A stretch of 64,000 bases of DNA from an uncultured Aliarcobacter sp. (GTDB lineage Bacteria; Campylobacterota; Campylobacteria; Campylobacterales; Arcobacteraceae). Location: assembly GCA_963677435.1 (NCBI GenBank), contig OY781945.1, positions 2,112,001 through 2,176,000 on the forward strand, written 5' to 3'. The position numbers were made by a program, and so were the translations under genes. A model generated the notes under the pieces. The model was not told the DNA's origin, made no database searches, and saw nothing but the letters and a program-made list of their open reading frames with translations. Position 1 is the stretch's first letter, and each line of letters starts with the position of its first letter. This document shows positions 50,404 through 60,451 of this stretch, in pieces.

Positions 50404-52233
50404 TTAAACTTCATTCATTCTTTTTTCAAACTCTTTATTCATCTCATCAAGCTTTGTTTGAGATATTTCAAGTGCTGAGAATTTTGTCTCTATATCTTTT
50501 TCATATTTAGTAATATTTTTTATAAGCTCAATTGATTTATTGTTGTCACCTTTATTTGTAGCTATTGTAAGCTCATTTTGATCATGATCAAGTAATTCTT
50601 CAAGTTTTGAGATTTCATTTTCAAGCTTTTCAACCTCTTTTTTAAGTGGAGATGTTGCTTTAGATTTTTCAGCAACAATTGCAGCTCTTAATTTTTTACT
50701 CTCTTTTTTATTTACTTTTACATTTTTCTCTTTTTTTACTTCAACAACATCATCATCCCAACCAATTTTTTCTAAGAACTCATCATATGTTCCATCAAAA
50801 CAAGTAGCTTCATCATTTGCAAATACAATCAATCTATCACAAACAGCTCTTAATAACTCTTCACTATGCGTTACAATAATACTAGAACCCTCAAAGGCTT
50901 TAATAGCTTTTGTTAAAGCTGCAATTGAATCCATGTCAAGGTGATTCGTAGGCTCATCTAGGAAAAGTAAGTTTACATCTTTTGCAATGATTTTTCCAAG
51001 CATTACCCTAGATTTTTCTCCCCCTGAAAGAAGTGTAATTTTCTTTTTAGCATTATCTCCACTAAACATCATTAACCCACAAATACTTCTTACAACTGAT
51101 TCTGGTAATTTTGTATTTGTTGAATGGATTTCATCCATAATTGTGCTATTTAAATTTAAATGAGAAATATTTGTTTGACCAAAGTGTCCAAAAACTGTAC
51201 TTCCATGATAATCAATAGTTCCACTTAAAGCTTTTAATTCATTTGCAATTACATTTAATAAAGTTGATTTACCTTTACCATTTTTCCCAATAATTCCTAA
51301 TGTTTCACCTCTTTGTAATGCAAAAGAGATATCTTTAAATAAAATATTATCTTTTGTATATCCAAAACTTACATCTTTTACTTCAAGTAAGAATTTTGCA
51401 GGTGTTTCTTTGTAATTAAAATCAAATTTCAAAGTTGAGTCATAACCAATATCTTCTAAAACATCCATTTTCTCTAAGATTTTAACTTTTGATTGTGCAA
51501 GTGCAGCAGTTGAAGCTCTTGCTTTATTTTTTGCAATAAAATCTTCAAGCTCTTTAATTTTTTTATCTTGAGCTATTTTTTGTTTTTCATGGTGTTCTTC
51601 ATTACTTGCTAATTGTTCATAAAACTTTTCTGTTCCACCCGCAATCATATAAGCATTTCTTCTGATAATTCCCATTGTATGTGTACAAACACTATCCATA
51701 AAATCTCTATCATGGGTAATAAGTATTACTTCACCATCAAAGTTTTTAAGAAAGGCTTTTAACCATCTAATAGATAAAATATCCAAGTAGTTTGTTGGCT
51801 CATCTAGAAGTAACATATTTGGTTCAGTTAATAATAATTTTGCAAGATTTATTCTAATTTGATAACCACCTGAAAATGATTTTGGCTCTTTTTCTAAATC
51901 TTCTTGAGAAAATCCAAGACCAAATAATATTTTTTCAACTTTGTAAAGACTGAATTTATCATCTTCTGCAAGTGCTAATGCTGTTTCATCTATTAAAGTT
52001 TTTTCAGTAAAATCAAAATATTGTTTTAATGCTCCAATTTTATAATTTCTAGGAATCATAACCTCGCCACTATCAGCTTGTTCTTCATTAAGAATTAATT
52101 TGAAAAGAGTAGATTTACCACTACCATTTCGCCCTACTAAACCTATTTTATTACCAGAATTTAGTCTTAAATTTAGTTCACTAAAAAGCTCATTTGGTCC
52201 ATAGCTTTTTGATACATTTGAAAGTTCTATCAT
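50404..52233 (-). CDS. ABC-F family ATPase (two NBDs, C-terminal coiled coil)
   Basis: GRNGSGKST / FSGG / LLLDEPTNYLD and GKNGKGKST / LSGGEK / LFLDEPTNHLD; no TM. Confidence 0.93.
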   Translation of the reverse strand: MIELSNVSKSYGPNELFSELNLRLNSGNKIGLVGRNGSGKSTLFKLILNEEQADSGEVMIPRNYKIGALKQYFDFTEKTLIDETALALAEDDKFSLYKVEKILFGLGFSQEDLEKEPKSFSGGYQIRINLAKLLLTEPNMLLLDEPTNYLDILSIRWLKAFLKNFDGEVILITHDRDFMDSVCTHTMGIIRRNAYMIAGGTEKFYEQLASNEEHHEKQKIAQDKKIKELEDFIAKNKARASTAALAQSKVKILEKMDVLEDIGYDSTLKFDFNYKETPAKFLLEVKDVSFGYTKDNILFKDISFALQRGETLGIIGKNGKGKSTLLNVIANELKALSGTIDYHGSTVFGHFGQTNISHLNLNSTIMDEIHSTNTKLPESVVRSICGLMMFSGDNAKKKITLLSGGEKSRVMLGKIIAKDVNLLFLDEPTNHLDMDSIAALTKAIKAFEGSSIIVTHSEELLRAVCDRLIVFANDEATCFDGTYDEFLEKIGWDDDVVEVKKEKNVKVNKKESKKLRAAIVAEKSKATSPLKKEVEKLENEISKLEELLDHDQNELTIATNKGDNNKSIELIKNITKYEKDIETKFSALEISQTKLDEMNKEFEKRMNEV

Positions 52234-52320
52234 GTTTCTCTTTTATTATTGTGTTTTGTATTTGTTTAAGGTTGGGATTATACGATATATGTGGTTACAT
52301 GTTGATTAGAGAGAAAATAA

Positions 52321-52354
52321 AAAAAGGGCAAGAAGAAAACTTCTTGCCCTTTTT
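52321..52354 (-). terminator. Intrinsic terminator after dapD
   Basis: AAAAAGGGCAAGAAG-AAAA-CTTCTTGCCCTTTTT. Confidence 0.85.
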
Positions 52355-52374
52355 AAGCTATTCAAAAATCAAGA

Positions 52375-53562
52375 TTAATGTAAATCAGCGTTTAATTTAA
52401 CTTCTCTAGTACTTCTCATAGCAATTGTTTGACCAGTTGAAGAATTAACTCTAAAGTGAACTCCATTTACTCCTTGGAAATCACTTCCTTTCATAACTGT
52501 TGTAATCTCTTTAGTTGGATTAATCTCTTTAAGTGCAGCAACTGCTTTTTCTGATAATGCAATTTTAGTTCCTGGTAAAATTGTAACACCAGCATCTAAA
52601 ATACAACCATCTCCAATTGCCGTTCCTGTACAAGAATTTGCACCTAATAGTGTGTTTTCTCCGATACTTACAGGAACTCCATCTGTTCCTGAAAGAACTC
52701 CAAGAATTGAAGCTCCACCACCAACATCAGATCCTGCTCCAACAACAGCAGAAGAAGAGATTCTTCCCTCAACCATAACTGAACCTAAAGTTCCTGCATT
52801 AAAGTTAACATAAGCAGCTCCAGGCATTACTGTTGTTCCAGCTGCTAATTGTGCTCCCATTCTAACTTTTGAAGTCTCTAGGATTCTTGTGTTATCAGCA
52901 GGGATAATATGTTGTAAGAATCTTGGGAATTTATCAACCATATCAATATTTGGGTATTTTCCAGAAAGTTTTAATACGATTTCATTTGCTCTTAACCAGT
53001 CAAGTTCAATTGGTTGATTTCCAACCCAAGCGCAGTTGTGTAATTTACCAAATGCACCAGTTAAATTTAAACTTCTAAGTGCTGCTTTTCCAGTTGAAAG
53101 TGCATATAATTTTAAATATACAGATTCTGTACTTTCAGGTGCAACATCTTCAAAAATAAATACAACTCTATAATCTTCAGCGCTTAATCCAGAATCTATT
53201 GGAAGTGAAGCAAGTGTTGAGATAACTTGAACATTTTTATGTGCATCGCCTTTTGCTTCAGGGATAAATGGTCTAAAAGCTTCAATACAAGAAGTTAAAA
53301 ACTCATCAGAAATTTTGCATACTAATTCAGATTTTGAAGTATCAACATTCTCTCCAGCTACTTTTAAAGCGTTTAAAAATACTGCTGCACTTCCAAAATT
53401 TTCATTCCAATTTATTAAAGGGAAAGTTGCTTGTAATATTTTATCTTTATTGATTTGTCCTCTATCTACTTTTGCAATACCAAATCCGATTGGGTTTTTG
53501 TACCATGATTGTGATTGTATATCATCTACTAATTGTTTGAATTCTTCTTTTGTATAAGCCAT
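52375..53562 (-). CDS. dapD: Tetrahydrodipicolinate N-succinyltransferase
   Basis: VDKFPRFL, VRMGAQLAAGTTVMPG..YVNFNAGT, MVEGRISSSAVVG.GSDVGGGASILG, LNADLH. Confidence 0.93.
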   Translation of the reverse strand: MAYTKEEFKQLVDDIQSQSWYKNPIGFGIAKVDRGQINKDKILQATFPLINWNENFGSAAVFLNALKVAGENVDTSKSELVCKISDEFLTSCIEAFRPFIPEAKGDAHKNVQVISTLASLPIDSGLSAEDYRVVFIFEDVAPESTESVYLKLYALSTGKAALRSLNLTGAFGKLHNCAWVGNQPIELDWLRANEIVLKLSGKYPNIDMVDKFPRFLQHIIPADNTRILETSKVRMGAQLAAGTTVMPGAAYVNFNAGTLGSVMVEGRISSSAVVGAGSDVGGGASILGVLSGTDGVPVSIGENTLLGANSCTGTAIGDGCILDAGVTILPGTKIALSEKAVAALKEINPTKEITTVMKGSDFQGVNGVHFRVNSSTGQTIAMRSTREVKLNADLH

Positions 53563-53622
53563 TAGTTCTCCTATTAATTTTTTGATTTATTTTACTACAA
53601 AGAAGACTAATTTTAGGTTAAT

Positions 53623-55470
53623 TTAGTAAATTGTATCCATATCAATTGAAGCATTTGGACTTTGAATACTATGAAGTGCATTTAGAAGTGCTTTAATATT
53701 ACTTGAACGAAGAAGAATTTCATATCTATATTTATTTGCCATTTTAAAAATAGGACTTTGACCAAAACCTACAACTTCTATGTTTGGATTTTCTTTTAAA
53801 AGTTTTACGAAATAATCCATTTCATCTTTTATTTTAATTCCATTAGCATGGGAAAATGTAACTTTTGCCATTTTTAAAAATGGAGGATAAAGCTCTTGTC
53901 TAAATTCAAGTTCACTTTCTAAGAACTCTTTATAGTTTGATTCATTTAAATAATGATTAAAAAATTCTTCATTTTTTGTTTGAATTATAACTTCACCCTC
54001 ACCTTTTCGTCCACTTCGTCCTGATATTTGAATAAGTAAAGATAGAGCTTTTTCTCTTGCCTTATAAGAATTCATATTTAAAATAGAATCTATTCCTAAA
54101 ACAACAGCTAATCGAACATTGTGATAATCATGCCCTTTTGAAAGCATTTGAGTTCCAACTAAAATATCGATTTCACCTTTGTTAAACTCATTTAATATGG
54201 TTTTTAATTGATTATTTGTTTTTATTTGGTCACGGTCAAATCTTTTTATGACTTTTTGAGGAAATAACTCTTTTAATTCCTCTTCAATTTGAGCAGTTCC
54301 CACTCGAAGATTGTGAATAATTCCATTATGACATGAAGGACAAGTTTCAGGAATTTGTTGAGTATATCCACAATAATGGCACTTTAATGCTAAATCATTT
54401 TTATGTAAACTCATAGAAACTGAACAATAAGGACACTCAACTGATTTTCCACAAGTTGTGCAAATTTGGTATTTAAAGTTTGCCCGTGTTGGTAAAAATA
54501 CTATTACTTGATTTCCACTGTCTATTGTTCTTGTGATTTTATCTATAACTTTTAGGGATAAATTTGCTTCACTATCTTCAAAACTATAATATTTTTTTGT
54601 TTGGTGATAAGTCTCATCAAGTCTAAAAAAAGGTATTTTATGAAAAGAGCTAGAAGAAACTGTTGCACTTCCTAAAACTAACTGTAAATCAAATTTCTTT
54701 GCCATATAAATAGATAAATCTTTTGTATGAAATCTAGGTTTTGAATCACTTTTATAAGAGTCATCATGCTCTTCGTCAACTACAATCACACCCAAATTTG
54801 AATATGGCAAGAAAAGTGCTGATCTAGCCCCTGCAATTAATCTAATAGTACCTTCTTGTAGTCCTTTTAAAATCTCTTCTTTTTTCTTTTTAGTAATCTT
54901 TGAGTGCCAAATAGCAATACTTTTTCCAAATACTTTTTCTAATCTTTTTTGCATTTGAGGAGTTAGGGAAATTTCAGGCATTAATAAAATTGCTTGTTTA
55001 TTTGCATTTAAATGCTCTTCAATTATTTTGATATAAACCTCAGTTTTACCAGCTCCTGTATCTGCAAATAAAAGGGCTTGTTTTTTATCTTTTAAAAACT
55101 CTTTTGCTTTTTCTTGTTGTGTAGATAAAATTATTTTACTATCAAATTTTTCTTCATTAAAAATTGGATTTATATTTTCATCAAAGGGACTGTAAACACT
55201 CAACGCTTCACCAAGAGAACAAACATAATATTGAGATACAAAACTAGCAATTTGTTGCATTTTTTCATCAAAATACTCGTTTGTAATTTCAACTATATCA
55301 CTGCATTTAAAAGTTGGTTTTTCAACCTCTTTTATAACAACTGCTTCATCTAAGTTTTTTCTTTGTTTTAGTTTTATTAAAACTTTTTTTCCAAGTGAGA
55401 TTTTTTCTTCACTTTGAAATGTTAGATTATTTAGTGGTGATTTTAAAAGTGCTAGTTCATAATAATACAT
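53623..55470 (-). CDS. priA: Primosomal protein N'
   Basis: DTGAGKTEVY, PEISLTPQ, VDEEHDDSYK, four CxxC pairs, LVGTQMLSKGHD. Confidence 0.96.
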   Translation of the reverse strand: MYYYELALLKSPLNNLTFQSEEKISLGKKVLIKLKQRKNLDEAVVIKEVEKPTFKCSDIVEITNEYFDEKMQQIASFVSQYYVCSLGEALSVYSPFDENINPIFNEEKFDSKIILSTQQEKAKEFLKDKKQALLFADTGAGKTEVYIKIIEEHLNANKQAILLMPEISLTPQMQKRLEKVFGKSIAIWHSKITKKKKEEILKGLQEGTIRLIAGARSALFLPYSNLGVIVVDEEHDDSYKSDSKPRFHTKDLSIYMAKKFDLQLVLGSATVSSSSFHKIPFFRLDETYHQTKKYYSFEDSEANLSLKVIDKITRTIDSGNQVIVFLPTRANFKYQICTTCGKSVECPYCSVSMSLHKNDLALKCHYCGYTQQIPETCPSCHNGIIHNLRVGTAQIEEELKELFPQKVIKRFDRDQIKTNNQLKTILNEFNKGEIDILVGTQMLSKGHDYHNVRLAVVLGIDSILNMNSYKAREKALSLLIQISGRSGRKGEGEVIIQTKNEEFFNHYLNESNYKEFLESELEFRQELYPPFLKMAKVTFSHANGIKIKDEMDYFVKLLKENPNIEVVGFGQSPIFKMANKYRYEILLRSSNIKALLNALHSIQSPNASIDMDTIY

Positions 55471-55901
55471 TATTCAATCTCACTACAAAGTTCAGGGCTA
55501 CTTGTACATAAAAATTTATTTTCTTCAAAAGAGAATAAAATACCTTTATCTCTTGAAAGATAAAAAGTATAAGATTTATTTGATAATTTTGCCCACATTC
55601 CAGACTCTTTTTTTGTTGTATTTGTTGAAACTATTGAAAAATCTATCACTTTAGTAAAAAGTCTTTCATTGCTTGAATTTTGTTTTGCTTCATCTAAACT
55701 ATCTAATTCTTGAGTATTTGAGAGTAAAATATTTTTATTTATCTGCTTTGTTATTCCATTTTGAATTAAAGCAACTTGAGATTGAAGTTTCGTAATATTT
55801 GTTTTATAGTTTAGATTTGTAAATTTAGGAATTGCAAAAGATGTAATGATAGCTATTAAAACTATCACAATTATAATCTCTAATAATGAAAAACCTTTGA
55901 T
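55470..55901 (-). CDS. Type II secretion/type IV pilin-like prepilin; probable ATC start at 55901
   Basis: Frame upstream of the track's GTG encodes (I)KG|FSLLEIIIVIVLIAIITSFAIPK, a class III signal peptide; no ATG/GTG/TTG in frame before the upstream stop. Confidence 0.8.
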   Translation of the reverse strand: MKGFSLLEIIIVIVLIAIITSFAIPKFTNLNYKTNITKLQSQVALIQNGITKQINKNILLSNTQELDSLDEAKQNSSNERLFTKVIDFSIVSTNTTKKESGMWAKLSNKSYTFYLSRDKGILFSFEENKFLCTSSPELCSEIE

Positions 55902-55903
55902 TG

Positions 55904-56113
55904 CTAAAACCTTGAAAGTTTATTTGTAATATCTTCAATATCTTTTTTAAATGTATTATATTCTTGTGATAATCTTATATAAGCGGCTAATAAATCTCTA
56001 GTATCATTATTTTTTTCTAAATTCAAATATTTTGTAAGTTCTTTATAAATACTCTCATCAACATTTATAGTATATGCCATATTATTAATATGAAAAGTTA
56101 CCTCTTTATTCAC
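55904..56113 (-). CDS. Small hypothetical protein, ZapA-like fold candidate
   Basis: EVTFHINNMAYTINV beta-hairpin then helices/coiled coil; coupled to upstream coiled-coil gene. Confidence 0.55.
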   Translation of the reverse strand: MNKEVTFHINNMAYTINVDESIYKELTKYLNLEKNNDTRDLLAAYIRLSQEYNTFKKDIEDITNKLSRF

Positions 56114-56306
56114 TATTTCGTGCCTTTATTAATGTTAATGTACTATCGATTCTCAGAAACATGTCTTGATTATTTCTTATTAGTTCATCATTTTCATTTT
56201 TCATAGAATCTATTTCTTGTTGAAGTGCTAGATTTTCTAATCTTAATTTATCATAATCGTGAATTAATTTATCAATTTTATTGTTTAATGTTTCTATTAT
56301 TTCCAT
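56106..56306 (-). CDS. Small coiled-coil protein, ZapB-like
   Basis: IETLNNKIDKLI..YDKLRLENLALQQEI..MKNENDEL heptads. Confidence 0.6.
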   Translation of the reverse strand: MEIIETLNNKIDKLIHDYDKLRLENLALQQEIDSMKNENDELIRNNQDMFLRIDSTLTLIKARNSE

Positions 56307-56354
56307 GGTAAGTATTTTACCTAAAAAATTCTACTATTAGAATTGAAATTATAT

Positions 56355-56771
56355 TTATTGTTGTATTTTTTTCTCATTTATAAATATTTTAGCAACTTCG
56401 TATAACATTGACACTGATTTACCCCATTGAGAGTAATCATTTACATCAGATATGTCTATACCGAAGCTATCTGAAATTTTTTGAATTAAGATTTTTTCAT
56501 TGATATTAAAACTATGATCAATATGAATTAAAATCATTAACTCTAAAATTACTATTCGTTTACTTGATTCTGATTTGAAGTCTTTTAATATTTTATCTAA
56601 ACTAAAATTATCAAAATCAAAAGAGTCTAAGTTTTCAATTCCCATTTCAGTACAATATTCTAAAATAATCTCTTCTTCTTTTTCTCCGTATTTATTGTCT
56701 ATACGAGCAAGATAATGAGCTAACTGTAAGAAAGAAAACTTCTCTTTTGCTTCTAATTTCATTAATAACAT
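56355..56771 (-). CDS. TerB-like domain protein
   Basis: LAHYLARIDNKYGEKEEEII and LIHIDHSFNINEKILI duplicated 'D....E' motifs. Confidence 0.7.
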   Translation of the reverse strand: MLLMKLEAKEKFSFLQLAHYLARIDNKYGEKEEEIILEYCTEMGIENLDSFDFDNFSLDKILKDFKSESSKRIVILELMILIHIDHSFNINEKILIQKISDSFGIDISDVNDYSQWGKSVSMLYEVAKIFINEKKIQQ

Positions 56772-56938
56772 CTTATAATTCCTATTTGTTTATATTATTA
56801 TTTTAGTAAAAATTCATTAACAATAAATGAACAAGTATTGTTTTTTTGTTTTGCATAAAATCCATCTGCGATATTATATTAAAATTATCTACAGATGTAT
56901 CTTATATCAAGAAGAGCAGTTTTAATAAGAATTATATT

Positions 56939-57634
56939 TTAAGCACCTAAATATTTAGCTCTAATGTCATCAGAGTGAACTAAGTCACTTCCTTTACCTT
57001 CTAAAGCAACCTCACCATTTTCTAATACATACGCCCAATCAGATATTTCTAAAGCTGCAAAGGCATTTTGTTCTATTAATAAAATAGTAATGCCTTCATC
57101 TCTTAATCTTAAAATTGTTTCAAATAACTCACCAATAATCTTAGGAGCAAGTCCTAGTGATGGTTCATCAAGCATTAATAACTTTGGAGAACTCATTAAT
57201 GCTCTTGCAATTGCTAACATTTGTTGTTCTCCTCCACTCATAGTTCCTGCTAATTGATGTCTTTTTTGTACAAGTCTTGGAAAAAGTTTTAACATATCTT
57301 CTTGAAGTTGCTCATATTTAGCATCATTGTTAAATGCACCCATTCTAAGATTTTCTTCAATTGTAAGGTTTTGAAAACATCTTCTACCTTCTGGAACTAA
57401 GGCAATTCCACTTTGAATAATTTTATGGGTTTTCATAGTTGAAATATCTTTATCCATAAAAGTAATTTGACCAGTTTTTTTAACATCATTTACAATTGAT
57501 TGTAAAGTTGATGTTTTACCCGCACCATTTGAGCCAACTAAAGATACTATTTGCCCCTCTTTAACTTCAAAATCAATTCCTCTTACAGCTTTAATAAGTC
57601 CATAATATACTTCTAAATTTTTTACTTTAAGCAT
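56939..57634 (-). CDS. livF: Branched-chain amino acid ABC ATPase
   Basis: GSNGAGKT, LVPEGRR, MSGGEQQMLAIARAL, LDEPSLGLAP, IEQNA. Confidence 0.94.
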   Translation of the reverse strand: MLKVKNLEVYYGLIKAVRGIDFEVKEGQIVSLVGSNGAGKTSTLQSIVNDVKKTGQITFMDKDISTMKTHKIIQSGIALVPEGRRCFQNLTIEENLRMGAFNNDAKYEQLQEDMLKLFPRLVQKRHQLAGTMSGGEQQMLAIARALMSSPKLLMLDEPSLGLAPKIIGELFETILRLRDEGITILLIEQNAFAALEISDWAYVLENGEVALEGKGSDLVHSDDIRAKYLGA

Positions 57635-58394
57635 GTTTAAAATCTCCAAGGTAGGCTTTTATAACCTCTTCATCTTTAATTGCATCTTTGATGTCACCCT
57701 CAAAGATTGTTTTTCCATAATCTAAAACCATAACTCTATCACACAATTTATTTACAAATTTCATATCATGTTCAATCAATAAAATCGTAATATCAAACTC
57801 ATCTCTAATTTTGAAAAATAGTTCAGCTAAATCATGTGTTTCATTTGGATTCATTCCCGCTGCTGGTTCATCTAGTAATAGAAGTTGAGGATTAGCAGCA
57901 AGTGCCCTTGCTATTTCAACCTTTCTTTGTTGTCCATAAGAAAGAGAAGTTGCAAGTTCATCTGCATATTTTGATATTCCTAATACTTCCATGATTTCAA
58001 AAGCTCTTTGTCTTACTCTTTTTTCTTCTTTGAAAAATCTTGGTAATCTAAATATTGCTTCAAAATATGAATATGTTGCTTGGTAATCAAAACCTATTAG
58101 AACATTTTCTAAAACTGTCATAGATTTAAATAATCTAATATTTTGAAATGTTCTAGCTATTCCTCTATGAACTATTTTATGAGGTTTTATACCATCAATT
58201 TTTTGACCATGAAATTTAATTGAACCCTCTGTTGGTTCATAATTTCCAGTAATGATATTAAACATTGTTGTTTTACCAGCACCATTTGGACCAATTAATC
58301 CATAAATCTCTTTTGCTTTTACATGAAATGAAGTATCTTTAATAGCAGTTACTCCACCAAATTTTTTTGTTACATTGCAAACTTCTAAAATCAT
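57627..58394 (-). CDS. livG: Branched-chain amino acid ABC ATPase
   Basis: GPNGAGKTT, GIARTFQNIRLF, LSYGQQR, LDEPAAG, IEHDM, AYLG. Confidence 0.94.
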   Translation of the reverse strand: MILEVCNVTKKFGGVTAIKDTSFHVKAKEIYGLIGPNGAGKTTMFNIITGNYEPTEGSIKFHGQKIDGIKPHKIVHRGIARTFQNIRLFKSMTVLENVLIGFDYQATYSYFEAIFRLPRFFKEEKRVRQRAFEIMEVLGISKYADELATSLSYGQQRKVEIARALAANPQLLLLDEPAAGMNPNETHDLAELFFKIRDEFDITILLIEHDMKFVNKLCDRVMVLDYGKTIFEGDIKDAIKDEEVIKAYLGDFKHA

Positions 58395-59431
58395 TTGTTT
58401 GCCTTTTTCTTTTTAAATAAATCTTTTAATTCTTTTTTACCCATTAAACCTTCTCTTGCAAAAAGCATTACAACAATTAAGATTAAAGAGAAAACCACCA
58501 TTCTCATTCCTGGCATTGCATCTGTATGAATACCCATAAAATCCATAGGTTCATCTAAGAATCTCATCCACTCAAGCCCAGCCATTACAAATATAGTTCC
58601 TAAAATAGCTCCTGTTGTACTTCCAAGACCACCTAAAACGATGATAATTAATAATTGGAATGTTAGGAAAAATGTAAATAAATCAGGAGAAATTGATGTT
58701 AATAGTGCTGCTAATAAACCACCACCAACACCTTCAAAAAATGCTGAAGTTGTAAATGCTAAAGTTTTTGTTTTAAATGTATTAATACCCATAGCAGTTG
58801 CTGCATCTTCATCATCACGAACAGCTTTCATAGCTCTTCCAAATTTTGAATATATAATATTTAAAATAACCATTACTGCAAGAATAGCTGCTCCACCTGT
58901 CCAGTAAAGATTTGAGTATTCTGGAATGTCATTTATACCTAATGAACCATTTGTAATCTCAGGAGAGTTTATTGCTAAAATTCTGATGATAAATCCAAAA
59001 CCTAAAGTAACAATTGCTAAATAATCTCCTCTTACTCTAAATACTGGAAAAGATAATGATAAAGCTAATAAAGCTGAAATAATTCCTGAAAAAAGTAAAG
59101 CCCAAAAGAAATTTGATTGTAAAGCTAAAACCCAAGGAGATGGATCTGCGATATAATATTGATATTCCATTCCCTCAGCATCAACTAATAAAATAGCTGT
59201 AACATAAGCACCAATGGCAACAAATCCATTTGGTTCAAGGGAAAACTGTCCAGTAATACCATTTATCAAGTTATATGAAACTGCTAAAATAATAAAAATT
59301 GCAACATTGTTAATAATTCTAACTGTATATTCATCAAAAAAGTTTTGCGCAAACCAAGTAAACCAAATAGCTGTTATTATTATTGCTAGGTTTATCATTC
59401 TTTGTTTTGTAAAAATTGTATCTTGAACCAT
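58391..59431 (-). CDS. livM: Branched-chain amino acid ABC permease
   Basis: RVRGDYLAIVTLGFG, GRAMKAVRDDE.AA.AMGIN, IVLGGLGS. Confidence 0.93.
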   Translation of the reverse strand: MVQDTIFTKQRMINLAIIITAIWFTWFAQNFFDEYTVRIINNVAIFIILAVSYNLINGITGQFSLEPNGFVAIGAYVTAILLVDAEGMEYQYYIADPSPWVLALQSNFFWALLFSGIISALLALSLSFPVFRVRGDYLAIVTLGFGFIIRILAINSPEITNGSLGINDIPEYSNLYWTGGAAILAVMVILNIIYSKFGRAMKAVRDDEDAATAMGINTFKTKTLAFTTSAFFEGVGGGLLAALLTSISPDLFTFFLTFQLLIIIVLGGLGSTTGAILGTIFVMAGLEWMRFLDEPMDFMGIHTDAMPGMRMVVFSLILIVVMLFAREGLMGKKELKDLFKKKKANK

Positions 59432-59433
59432 AA

Positions 59434-60330
59434 TTAAAACCTACTCTTTTCTAAATCTTGACCCATAATTCCTGTTGGTTTAAACAACAATACTAAAATC
59501 AAGAAAACAAAGGCAAAAGCATCTTTATATCCACCAAGTTCTGGGAAAAATGCGATAACAACAACTTCAGTAAATCCAATAATAAATCCACCTACAACAG
59601 CTCCAGAAACTGAACCAATACCACCAACAACAGCTGCTGCAAAGGCTTTTAGACCAACTAAAACACCCATCATAGGCTCAACTGAGGGATAATTAATAGC
59701 CCAAAAAATTCCACCAACTGCTGCTAGTGCTGAACCTAATCCAAATACTAAAGAAATAATGCTATTTGCATCAATTCCCATTAAATTTACAGTTTTAATA
59801 TCAAATGATAAAGCTCTAATTGCCATTCCATATTTTGTTTTATATAAAACATATAAAATTCCAATTAATAAAAATAGAGTAACTATTGGAACCATTATTG
59901 AAGCAACTGAAAAAGTAACACCTGCAACATTAAAAATATTTTCCATATATTCAGGAACAGGGAAAGCTCTTGGAACTCCACCTGCAAATACTGTAAATGC
60001 ATTTTCTAAAAAAAATGAAATACCAATTGCAGTAATTAATAAAGAGATTTTTGGAGCTTCTCTTAGGGGTTTATAAGCAATTTTGTCCATAAACATACCA
60101 AAACCAGCTGATAAAGTAACTGCTAATAATACAGTAATAGAAAACGGCAAATCAAAAACTGCCATAAAAGTATAAGCTAAAAAAGCACCTACCATCATTA
60201 TATCGCCATGGGCAAAGTTAATTAATCTTAACACACCATAAACCATTGTATAACCAATTGCAATAAGAGCATACATACTACCCAAACTAAAACCGTTTAT
60301 CATTTGTTGCATAAAGGTTAATATATCCAT
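59434..60330 (-). CDS. livH: Branched-chain amino acid ABC permease
   Basis: GSMYALIAIGYTMVYG...INFAHG, GLKAFAAAVVGGIGS, KPTGIMG; AGGAG RBS before MDILT. Confidence 0.94.
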   Translation of the reverse strand: MDILTFMQQMINGFSLGSMYALIAIGYTMVYGVLRLINFAHGDIMMVGAFLAYTFMAVFDLPFSITVLLAVTLSAGFGMFMDKIAYKPLREAPKISLLITAIGISFFLENAFTVFAGGVPRAFPVPEYMENIFNVAGVTFSVASIMVPIVTLFLLIGILYVLYKTKYGMAIRALSFDIKTVNLMGIDANSIISLVFGLGSALAAVGGIFWAINYPSVEPMMGVLVGLKAFAAAVVGGIGSVSGAVVGGFIIGFTEVVVIAFFPELGGYKDAFAFVFLILVLLFKPTGIMGQDLEKSRF

Positions 60331-60360
60331 TAAATCTCCTGAATTTAAATATTTATAAAA

Positions 60361-60402
60361 TTGCAATTATAAAAATAATAATAGTTAGTTTTATAATTGC
60401 AA
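60361..60402. repeat. Perfect 14-bp inverted repeat between livK and livH
   Basis: TTGCAATTATAAAA-N14-TTTTATAATTGCAA. Confidence 0.8.
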
Positions 60403-60432
60403 AAAAGCCTAACAATAAATTGTTAGGCTTTT
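60403..60432 (-). terminator. Intrinsic terminator/stabilising hairpin after the binding-protein gene
   Basis: AAAAGCCTAACAAT-AA-ATTGTTAGGCTTTT with U-tail on minus strand. Confidence 0.8.
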
Positions 60433-60451
60433 ACAATTTTTTTGATAAAAA

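Noticed and set aside
56863..56897. Imperfect hairpin CATCTGCGATA...TATCTACAGATG between livF and the TerB-like gene
   Set aside because: Short, mismatched, no recognisable riboswitch/sRNA motif; may be a weak terminator or chance.
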